From contig JAZDPL010000055.1 in the NCBI GenBank assembly GCA_043797665.1, forward strand, positions 1-12,448: a stretch of 12,448 nucleotides of DNA, written 5' to 3'. Shown one piece after another: positions 1 to 7,258 of the stretch (positions are counted from its first letter, which is position 1; each line of letters begins with the position of its first letter). The notes under the pieces are model-generated. The model had not been told where the DNA came from and searched no databases. It saw only the letters and a program-made list of their open reading frames with translations. A program made the translations under genes and the position numbers. The stretch is from Candidatus Omnitrophota bacterium (GTDB taxonomy: Bacteria; Ratteibacteria; UBA8468; MWAK01).

Positions 1-6
1 TCGCTG

Positions 7-681
7 TCAATCGGCCTCGAACCAGCAGCCGCAGACGACGACGTGATCCCTGAGATTGTTGGCGTCGTAGAACACGGGGACGCTGGAGCCTTCGAGGAGA
101 CCATATCCGGCATCCCACCCCCGACCCGAGACAGTCGTTCCGTCCGCAGTCATGAAGTGATAGGTAATTCGTTCGGGCCCCTCCCCAATGTTTTCGTGCC
201 AATCGACTACCCCCATCGCCGTCTCGCCGCCCCTGAGGAGCCTGACTTCTCGCCGGCGCCTCCGCACCGCGATGGCCAGCGCGACCGCGGCGAGCGGCAC
301 GACGATATAGACCACCCATCCGATGGCAAAGTGGATACGCAGGATCAAAAAGAAGTTGAATGGGATGACGAACACCGGCGCCAAAGCCGGAATACGGACG
401 GCGGTTCTCCAGGAAAGGTGGACACGCCGAGGCGGGGAGCCATAGCGCGGTCCCTTGACCCAAGGCATGGGAAGGGTGGCCGCGACTCTTTCGGCGACAT
501 AGGAGGCGCAAAACGCCACAGCAGCTGGTACGAAGAACCACCAGGGCATGCCGCTCTTTGGGTGCACTCCGCCGAGCGTCAGCGAGAGGCCAAGGTAGAT
601 GACCGTGAGCGCGATGGCGACCGCGAGCTGCATGGTTTCGAATTCATAGGTGGTTAATTCGACTAAGACACCAGCTGCCAC
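7..681 (-). CDS. Membrane protein (about 4 TM helices) with a C-terminal DUF3592-like beta domain
   Basis: 224-aa ORF with GTG start just after TAAGGAG (SD). Four hydrophobic segments, then an RRRRR stop-transfer and a 'G..A.G.V...ITYHF...G......G..V.V.YD..N' pattern typical of DUF3592 proteins. Confidence 0.7.
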   Translation of the reverse strand: MAAGVLVELTTYEFETMQLAVAIALTVIYLGLSLTLGGVHPKSGMPWWFFVPAAVAFCASYVAERVAATLPMPWVKGPRYGSPPRRVHLSWRTAVRIPALAPVFVIPFNFFLILRIHFAIGWVVYIVVPLAAVALAIAVRRRRREVRLLRGGETAMGVVDWHENIGEGPERITYHFMTADGTTVSGRGWDAGYGLLEGSSVPVFYDANNLRDHVVVCGCWFEAD

Positions 682-750
682 TACTCCTTAATCAGTCGCA
701 GCGGCTTACTTCGCTCCCATCGAATCCCCGTTTTCAGGCGGGAATGTCAG

Positions 751-822
751 GGTGGCTAACGGGATTCGAACCCGTTCTAAAGGAGCCACAGTCCTTTGTG
801 CTGCCTTTACACCATAGCCACC
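751..822 (-). tRNA. tRNA-His (GUG)
   Basis: Minus strand folds as G(-1) GTGGCTA TG GTGT AAAGGCA GCAC A AAGGA CTGTGGC TCCTT TAGA ACGGG TTCGAAT CCCGT TAGCCAC C. Anticodon GTG; G-1:C73 histidine identity pair; CCA not encoded. Confidence 0.96.
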
Positions 823-836
823 ATTATTCTGACTCT

Positions 837-866
837 ATTTTACCATTGGGGGGAGGGAGGGTTCAA
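837..866 (-). promoter_or_regulatory. Putative sigma70 promoter of tRNA-His
   Basis: Minus strand TTGAAC (866-861), 18-nt spacer, TGgTAAAAT (extended -10; hexamer 842-837), 14 nt upstream of the tRNA 5' end. Confidence 0.65.
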
Positions 867-2195
867 CTACCGGCTCAGAAAGTCTTCGGTTACCTCCTGC
901 AGGATGTCCAGTTCGTCGGCAAGATCCAGGACGGTCAGCCGGCTCCGGATAAAACGGGAGTACATTATCGCCTGGCGGGCAAGTTCTCTGGTAACGCCGA
1001 TTTCACTGAACCGTAACGGGCACTTTGCTTCGGTTAAAACTTTCTTTATCGTTGCCGCCGGGTAGGTCAGCGTAAAGGCTTCCTTTTTCATCCGGTTCCA
1101 CAGGGAAGGCAGGTTTTCTCTCATCAAATTCAAGAACAGACTCTTTTTCTGGTGTGCCTTCTTAATATTCAAACCCCGCTTGGCAAAAAAGTCTTCCGCC
1201 TTTTCGTACTCGGGTTCGCTGCAGTGCAGACGGCTGATGACTTCATCCACGGACAGGACCTTAAGCCTTTCGTAAATGAGACTGGAAACCAGCGTACCCA
1301 GACCCACCTGTAATCCGTGGCAGGAAAAAGGTTTCTTCCCTTCCCGGTGGGCAATCATATCCAAAAAGTGGGATATCAGGTGTTCTCCGCCGGAAGCGGG
1401 CGAAGATACGCCGGCGATAACCATTGAGAGCCCGCCCAGGTTTAACCCTTCCATTAAATCGGCGACGGTTTTTTCGTCTCTCCGGCAGAGTTCTCTGCCT
1501 TTGTTCAGATACTTATGCTCGGCCTCGGTGGTTATATTAAAGGGAAGCAGACAGAATCCTTCACCCGTAAGGAAGGAAGCCATCTTCCAGTCCGCGTTGG
1601 CAAAGGATTTGGCTAAACTGTCCGCAAATCCCGCTTTGATTAAATCCAGAGGGGCGTTGCCGATTACGTTCAGGTCGATAATGACTCCAATGGCCGGCTG
1701 GGTTGACACCGTAACTTTCATTCCTCCGGAGAGAAAAGCAGCAACAGATGAGGTATAAGCGTTCATAGAGGGAGCGGTAGGAAAAGATATCCAGGGCAGT
1801 TTAAGGTTATGGGCAACATACTTCCCCATATCGGTAACCGAACCGCTGCCCACGGTAATTATGGCATTCCTGTCCTGACCGGCACTAAAAATCTCCGGGA
1901 AATATTTTTCGTCGGCATACACCTGTTTGCCTTTATCCGAAGAAAGGACCAGCGAGGAAACCTGGAAATCTTTCCGCAAAATTCTAACGCTTTTTTTGCC
2001 GGCGATTTCGTAGGTAACATCGTCGCTAAGCACCAGAATTTTCTTCTTCCGAATGAGCCGGGAGAGAAAGCCGGGTAACCGGGAAACAGCCCTTTTCCGG
2101 GTAAGGATTCTCCGGATAGGGATGTGGTGTTCTTTCAAACAGAAAGGACAAGAAAAACTTTTCCCCAGATAGTGATAGACATTGACCTTCGCCAT
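867..2195 (-). CDS. egsA: sn-glycerol-1-phosphate dehydrogenase, AraM/EgsA-like (Fe-ADH/DHQS superfamily)
   Basis: 442 aa. GSGSVTDMGK NAD-binding loop, PTAPSMNAYTS, GFADSLAK, PASGGEHLISH and HGLQVG metal-ligand motifs, and the N-terminal CPFCLKEH Cys/His knuckle seen in bacterial AraM-type enzymes. Confidence 0.85.
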   Translation of the reverse strand: MAKVNVYHYLGKSFSCPFCLKEHHIPIRRILTRKRAVSRLPGFLSRLIRKKKILVLSDDVTYEIAGKKSVRILRKDFQVSSLVLSSDKGKQVYADEKYFPEIFSAGQDRNAIITVGSGSVTDMGKYVAHNLKLPWISFPTAPSMNAYTSSVAAFLSGGMKVTVSTQPAIGVIIDLNVIGNAPLDLIKAGFADSLAKSFANADWKMASFLTGEGFCLLPFNITTEAEHKYLNKGRELCRRDEKTVADLMEGLNLGGLSMVIAGVSSPASGGEHLISHFLDMIAHREGKKPFSCHGLQVGLGTLVSSLIYERLKVLSVDEVISRLHCSEPEYEKAEDFFAKRGLNIKKAHQKKSLFLNLMRENLPSLWNRMKKEAFTLTYPAATIKKVLTEAKCPLRFSEIGVTRELARQAIMYSRFIRSRLTVLDLADELDILQEVTEDFLSR

Positions 2196-2290
2196 TTCTC
2201 AAATTATGTTAAAACATAGCACCACCCCAAGTCAAGTCCACCCCCACCCCACCCTCCCCCATTCTATGCGGATGCCCGACTCATTAAATC

Positions 2291-2320
2291 TTGCCACTTC
2301 ACTCAAAGAAATGGTATAAT
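2291..2320 (+). promoter_or_regulatory. Putative sigma70 promoter of fba
   Basis: TTGCCA (2291-2296), 18-nt spacer, TGgTATAAT (hexamer 2315-2320), 45 nt upstream of the fba ATG. Confidence 0.7.
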
Positions 2321-2365
2321 TTCAATCTCAAGGATTATTCCGTTGTACGGAAAAAGGAGGGAAGA

Positions 2366-3337
2366 ATGGCGGTGAGTTACAAAGATTTAGGACTGTCAAA
2401 TACCCGGGAAATGTTTAAAAAGGCAATGACCGGAGGTTACGCGGTGCCGGCTTACAATTTCAACAACATGGAACAGCTTCAGGCGATAATCGCCGCCTGC
2501 GTGGAGTGCAAATCCCCGGTTATCCTGCAGATTTCCAAGGGCGCCCGGCAGTATGCAAATCAAACCTTGCTCCGGTACATGGTACCCGGCGCGGTTGCCA
2601 TGGCAAAGGAAATGGGCGGTAATATCCCCATCGCGTTGAACCTGGACCACGGAGACAGCTTTGAACTGGCTAAGAGTTGCGTTGATTACGGCTTCTCAAC
2701 CGTGATGATAGACGGTTCTTCCCTGCCTTTCGAAGAAAACGTTGTCCTGACCAGGAAGACGGTGGAATACGCTCATGAACGTGACGTTACCGTTGAGGGG
2801 GAACTGGGGGTTTTGGCCGGTATTGAAGAACACGTTTCCTCGGAAGTAACCCACTACACCAGGCCGGAAGATGTCCAGGACTTCGTCACCAAGACAGGGG
2901 TTGACCACCTTGCCATCTCCATCGGGACTTCCCACGGCGCTTTCAAATTCAAGGTGAAACCGGGTGAGGCGGTTCCGCCGCTGCGTTTTGATATTCTGGA
3001 AGAGTGCGAAAGACGCCTGCCGGGTTTTCCGATTGTCCTGCACGGCGCATCTTCCGTGCTGCATAAGTACATTGACATCATCAACAAATACGGCGGCAAG
3101 ATGGAGAACACCTCCGGCGTTCCGGAAGAGCAAGTTAAAAAAGCTGTTAAAACCAACGTCTGCAAGGTGAACATCGATTCCGACGGCCGGCTGGTCATGA
3201 CTGCCATGATCCGGCAGTACCTCGCTGAGCATCCGGCGGAATTTGACCCCCGGAAATACCTTGGCCCGGCCCGGGAAGAACTGAAGAAGATGTACATCGC
3301 CAAGTGCGAACTCCTGGGAAGCAACGGGAAGGCGTAG
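2366..3337 (+). CDS. fba: Class II fructose-1,6-bisphosphate aldolase
   Basis: AAGGAGG SD then ATG at 2366 (323 aa; the track's TTG at 2291 lies in the promoter). Motifs YAVPAYNFNN, LDHG, MIDGS, EGELG, GTSHG, VLHGAS, KVNIDSD, FDPRKYL. Confidence 0.96.
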   Translation: MAVSYKDLGLSNTREMFKKAMTGGYAVPAYNFNNMEQLQAIIAACVECKSPVILQISKGARQYANQTLLRYMVPGAVAMAKEMGGNIPIALNLDHGDSFELAKSCVDYGFSTVMIDGSSLPFEENVVLTRKTVEYAHERDVTVEGELGVLAGIEEHVSSEVTHYTRPEDVQDFVTKTGVDHLAISIGTSHGAFKFKVKPGEAVPPLRFDILEECERRLPGFPIVLHGASSVLHKYIDIINKYGGKMENTSGVPEEQVKKAVKTNVCKVNIDSDGRLVMTAMIRQYLAEHPAEFDPRKYLGPAREELKKMYIAKCELLGSNGKA

Positions 3338-3362
3338 AGTTGGCCGTAAGGCTGAATAAAAG

Positions 3363-3404
3363 AGAGGTCACTGTTGCCGGCTGGGGTAACGGTGACCTCT
3401 TTTT
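3363..3404 (+). terminator. Rho-independent terminator after fba
   Basis: AGAGGTCACTGTTGCC pairs with GGTAACGGTGACCTCT (16 bp including G-U), followed by a T-run. An A-run precedes it, so it may be bidirectional. Confidence 0.85.
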
Positions 3405-3413
3405 CTGAAATCT

Positions 3414-3959
3414 ATGTGTCGCATAATTCTGGGCGGGACCGGCGGACAGGGTATAGTTACCCTGGGCAAACTTCTGGCAATTGCCGGGATGGACGAAGGG
3501 AAAGAGGTTAGTTGTTACCCCATCTACGGTGCGGAGATAAGGGGTGGCTACGCCTTCGCTACGATTATCATCTCCGAGTCGCCGATACCCTCACCGATTG
3601 TTTCCAGGGCTGACGTGGGTATCTTCCTGGAACCGTTTGCCTATGATTACCTGAATTCTTTAGTGGTAAAAAACGGCTTGCTGGTGGTTAACGCCGACCT
3701 GGTTAAACCGAAAACCGAAAAAAAACGTGAGATTTTTATGCTTCCGGCAGACAGCCTTGCCCAAAAATTAGGGGATAAAAGATGCGCCAACATGGTGGTG
3801 GCCGGATTTCTGGCAAAAAAAGCAGGAGAAAACTATAAGATACTCAATCCTTTCCCCGCCCTGAATTCGTTGAAAGAAGCCCTTCCCGCGGTCTTTACCG
3901 GTAAACCCGGCGCGGTCTCTCTGAACGAAAAAGCCCTCCTGGCCGGATACCGGTCATAA
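3414..3959 (+). CDS. 2-oxoacid:ferredoxin oxidoreductase gamma subunit (PorC/KorC/VorC-like)
   Basis: 181 aa. N-terminal I.LGGTGGQG, YGAEIRGG, NMVVAG and C-terminal N.KAL..G are hallmarks of the POR gamma domain. An in-frame TGA at 3393 excludes a longer N-terminus. Confidence 0.9.
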   Translation: MCRIILGGTGGQGIVTLGKLLAIAGMDEGKEVSCYPIYGAEIRGGYAFATIIISESPIPSPIVSRADVGIFLEPFAYDYLNSLVVKNGLLVVNADLVKPKTEKKREIFMLPADSLAQKLGDKRCANMVVAGFLAKKAGENYKILNPFPALNSLKEALPAVFTGKPGAVSLNEKALLAGYRS

Positions 3960-3966
3960 GGAGTTG

Positions 3967-6189
3967 TCAACGCACCTCAAACTTCCGTTTCAATCCGCCG
4001 ACCGTCACCTCAAAAACTCCGGGTTCCACCTTCATCTTCATCTGCCGATTAAGCAGTTCCAGATCTGAAGGAAGGAGCGTAAACCGAACCTTTTTCGTTT
4101 CGCCCGGCTCCAGGTTCACTTTCTGAAAGCGTTTCAATGCCTTGACCGGCGTGGTCACGCTGCTCACCGCATCCCTTAAATAAACCTGAACCACTTCGGC
4201 GCCGCTGCGCTTGCCGGTGTTGGTCACTTCCACGATTATCTTCACCTGTCCGGACGGTCTTATTTTGGCCGGGTTCACCCGCAGATTGCCGTAATTGAAA
4301 GTGGTATAACTTAAACCGTGACCAAACTCAAACAACGGAGTGGGCGAAGCAAAAACGTAATCCCGTCCCGGCTTGCCCGGCGAGCCCGGCTTGTGGTAGA
4401 AGCAACCCCGGCCGCTCGGTTTGTAGTTGTAATATACCGGGATGTGGCCGGTGGAACGGGGCAGGGAAACCGGCAGTTTTCCGGACGGGTTGCAGTTTCC
4501 AAAAAGAATGTCCGCAACCGCATTGCCGCCATCCTCGCCCGGATACCAGGCTTCCAGGATGGCCGGCACGTTTTCGGCCAGATAGGAAATGTCAAGCGGA
4601 CGGCCGTTGTAAAGAACCGCGACCACCGGCTTTCCGGTTCCGCAAACTGCCTTGACTAAATCCAGTTGGACTCCGGGCAGCCGCAGGTCGCTCTGGTCAA
4701 CCCCTTCCTCACAGACCTCGGTGGTTTCGCCCAGGACCAGAACGACCACGTCCGACTTCCGGGCGGTCAAGACTGCCTCAGGGATACCGTCGGTTGACAA
4801 TTCGTAGATGCCGCAACCCTGGCTGTAATAAACCTGCGCATCTCCGGAAATCTTGTTCCTGATGCCCTGCAGGACGGTTGCCATACCTTCTTTCGGGACC
4901 GAGTAGTTGCCAACCTGCGCCTTATCCGCGTTCGGACCGATGACCGCAATGGAGGAAATTGTTTTGGAGAGCGGCAGGATGCCCGCTTCGTTCTTCAGCA
5001 GGATTATTGCCTCCCGGCCGGACTGAAGCGCCAGTTCCCGGTGTTCCGCGCAATTCCGGATGGTTCGGGCAAGTTCCGGCTCGGCCGGATAGGGGTTTTC
5101 AAAAAGACCTAACAGAAATTTCAGCCGCAGGATGCGGCTGACCGCCTGGTCTATGGTCTTAATGGAAACCTTGCCTTCCCTGACCATTTTCAGCAACCGC
5201 TTTCCGTACGAATTTGGAACCGGCGCTTCCAAATCCACGCCGGCTTCCAGCGCCTGTTTGCCGGCTTCCTCCAGAGTGGCCGCGGTATGGTGTATGGAAT
5301 GAAGCATTTCCACGGACCCCCAGTCGGAATAGACGTATCCCTTAAACCCCCATTCTTTGCGCAGGATATCGGTTAAGAGTTCCCGAGAGGAAACGCAGGG
5401 AATGCCGTCTATCTCACTGTAACAGTTCATGATTGACGCGGCATTGGCTTCGCAGACTGCGGCTTTAAACGGAGGCAGGTATTCGGTCCGCAGTTCCCGC
5501 AGACCGGTATGGACCGGCGCCAGATTGATTCCGCTTTCCGGCGTGCCGTGGCCGGCAAAGTGCTTGGGCGTGGCCGCGCAGTGTTCCCGGTCAATCGCCG
5601 GACCTTCGCCCTGGAGGCCGGTGATATAGGCAACCGCCATCCGGCCGGTAAGATACGGGTCTTCGCCGTAATTCTCCTGGCACCTGCCCCAGCGCGGCTC
5701 CCGGGATAAATCCAGGACCGGCGATAGAATCTGGCTGACTCCGACCGACCTGGCTTCCCGGGCCACAACCGAACTAACTTTTCCGACCAGTTCCGGGTTC
5801 CAGGTGCTGGCCAGAGCCAGTCCGTGGGGAAAGATGGTGGCGCCTTCAGACATATGACCGTGCACGCCCTCACCGGCAATGATGGCCGGTATGCCCAGCC
5901 GGGTCTCTTCCTTCAGATAACGCTGGACCTCCCGGACAATTTCCAGGTTAAGACGGGAATCTTTGTTGATGTTTTGCAAAACCCCGGTTCCCAGGTCCGA
6001 CATCATCTTTTTAATTTTCCGGATCGAAAAACGGCCGTCATCACCCGTCAGATACTCCAGATAGTGGGCAGCCAACTGGCTAATCTTCTCCTCCAGAATC
6101 ATCCGGGACAGCAAGTCTTTAACCCTTGTTTCAACCGCCCGGGTATTATCAAGATAAATCCTGTATCCTTTTCCCTTTTGTTTTTTCAT
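3967..6189 (-). CDS. GH3 beta-glucosidase/beta-xylosidase (BglX-like) with C-terminal FnIII-like domain, no signal peptide
   Basis: GGAGGAG SD then ATG at 6189 (MKKQKGK..., 740 aa). Motifs TRLGIP, EGVHG, REPRWGR..E.YGEDP, KHF, SDW (nucleophile Asp), IILLKN, AVIGPNA, PSGKLP, FGHGLSYT, EVVQVY. Confidence 0.95.
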   Translation of the reverse strand: MKKQKGKGYRIYLDNTRAVETRVKDLLSRMILEEKISQLAAHYLEYLTGDDGRFSIRKIKKMMSDLGTGVLQNINKDSRLNLEIVREVQRYLKEETRLGIPAIIAGEGVHGHMSEGATIFPHGLALASTWNPELVGKVSSVVAREARSVGVSQILSPVLDLSREPRWGRCQENYGEDPYLTGRMAVAYITGLQGEGPAIDREHCAATPKHFAGHGTPESGINLAPVHTGLRELRTEYLPPFKAAVCEANAASIMNCYSEIDGIPCVSSRELLTDILRKEWGFKGYVYSDWGSVEMLHSIHHTAATLEEAGKQALEAGVDLEAPVPNSYGKRLLKMVREGKVSIKTIDQAVSRILRLKFLLGLFENPYPAEPELARTIRNCAEHRELALQSGREAIILLKNEAGILPLSKTISSIAVIGPNADKAQVGNYSVPKEGMATVLQGIRNKISGDAQVYYSQGCGIYELSTDGIPEAVLTARKSDVVVLVLGETTEVCEEGVDQSDLRLPGVQLDLVKAVCGTGKPVVAVLYNGRPLDISYLAENVPAILEAWYPGEDGGNAVADILFGNCNPSGKLPVSLPRSTGHIPVYYNYKPSGRGCFYHKPGSPGKPGRDYVFASPTPLFEFGHGLSYTTFNYGNLRVNPAKIRPSGQVKIIVEVTNTGKRSGAEVVQVYLRDAVSSVTTPVKALKRFQKVNLEPGETKKVRFTLLPSDLELLNRQMKMKVEPGVFEVTVGGLKRKFEVR

Positions 6190-6220
6190 ACACTCCTCCA
6201 GAAATAGACTTCGTAACCTC

Positions 6221-7258
6221 TTAGGATCTGGCGTAAAGGAAAAGCCCGGCCACACCCAGAATTATCAGGTGGGGCAGGAACGCTGCCAGAACCGGCGGGA
6301 GATATCCTTCTTTTCCAAATGCCAGAACCAGAGAATAAAACCAATAGGTAAAAACAGCCAGACAGATTCCGGTAATAATCAGCAGGGGCCGGGAACGGGT
6401 CCGGATAAGAACCAGAGGAAGCGCCAGAAAGACCACCACCAGGTTAAGTAAAGGGGTGCTGAACCGGCTGAAGTAAGCGGTTCTGACGTTAGCGGGGGAA
6501 ACCCCTGCTTTAGCCAGTTTTTTGAGATAATCGGACAATTGCCGGCGGTTTAACATTTCCAGCGGCCTTAAAAAAGGGTGCAAGTCCTCCCGGTCAAGGC
6601 CGAGTTCAGCCGTAAGATTTTCAAACGAAGTTCTGCGCGCCGACTGTCCGGAAGCGGCAAAAACGGTACGGGAACCAACGGTCATCTGCCATTTGCCGTC
6701 CTTCCCAATCCAGGTTTGCTTGGCTTGATAGATTTCCTTCAGTTTCCCATCCGGATAAAAAAAGAGGATGGTGTTGTTCTCAAACAAATCTTTTTTAGTT
6801 TGATAAACGTCCGCGTAAAGAAAAAAATCCGGTAAAGCAAGGAACGGCTTATGGATTTCCGTCTCCTGCTTGAAGTGGTTGTAAGAAACAGGAACCACTC
6901 TTTCATTTACAAAAAAAGTTGCCAGGGACAGCACAAGACTTACCCCGAGAAAGGGGCATAAGAAACGCAACGGAGAAAGACCCGAGGCTTCCAGTACCAG
7001 GGTTTCCTGATATTTACCCATCAGGCCTAACGTGATAAGTACCGCGACCAAAACCGCCGGAGGTGAAAACTGGACGTAGATGCCCGGCACCATCCACAAA
7101 AAAGCCCGCAGGGCTGAGGCTAAAGAATATCCGCTTCGTAAATAGTCGTTGAGGTCATCAGACAGGGCACCGGTCAGACCGATTACGGTAAGCACCAGCG
7201 CCGACAGAATATAGACCTTTAAAAACTCCAGCCCTAAATACTTATCCAGCCTCTTCAT
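6221..7258 (-). CDS. lptG: LptF/LptG-family (YjgP/YjgQ) permease, LptG-like
   Basis: 345 aa. Starts MKRLDKYL; 3 TM + periplasmic beta domain + 3 TM; 'MGKYQETLVLEASGLSPLRFLCP' signature; C-terminal G.LPP.LAA.LP. Coupled to the upstream paralog by an ATGA overlap. Confidence 0.85.
   Translation of the reverse strand: MKRLDKYLGLEFLKVYILSALVLTVIGLTGALSDDLNDYLRSGYSLASALRAFLWMVPGIYVQFSPPAVLVAVLITLGLMGKYQETLVLEASGLSPLRFLCPFLGVSLVLSLATFFVNERVVPVSYNHFKQETEIHKPFLALPDFFLYADVYQTKKDLFENNTILFFYPDGKLKEIYQAKQTWIGKDGKWQMTVGSRTVFAASGQSARRTSFENLTAELGLDREDLHPFLRPLEMLNRRQLSDYLKKLAKAGVSPANVRTAYFSRFSTPLLNLVVVFLALPLVLIRTRSRPLLIITGICLAVFTYWFYSLVLAFGKEGYLPPVLAAFLPHLIILGVAGLFLYARS

Noticed and set aside
43..657. 204-aa plus-strand ORF overlapping the first gene
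   Set aside because: Antisense shadow of a GC-rich hydrophobic gene. It is R/D/H-rich with no motif, while the minus-strand ORF has an SD and a coherent membrane topology.
682..750. Possible integron attC/attI before the foreign-looking gene
   Set aside because: No RYYYAAC...GTTRRRY core pair or L/R boxes were found, and there is no integrase in the window.
744..1065. Plus-strand ORFs 744-1016 and 796-1065
   Set aside because: They run antisense through tRNA-His and the G1PDH 3' end and have no recognisable protein features.
2291..2365. N-terminal extension of Fba from TTG 2291
   Set aside because: The region holds the promoter and the AAGGAGG SD; the true start is ATG 2366.
6190..6255. 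N-terminal extension of GH3 overlapping lptG
   Set aside because: A strong GGAGGAG SD precedes ATG 6189; the extension is unnecessary.
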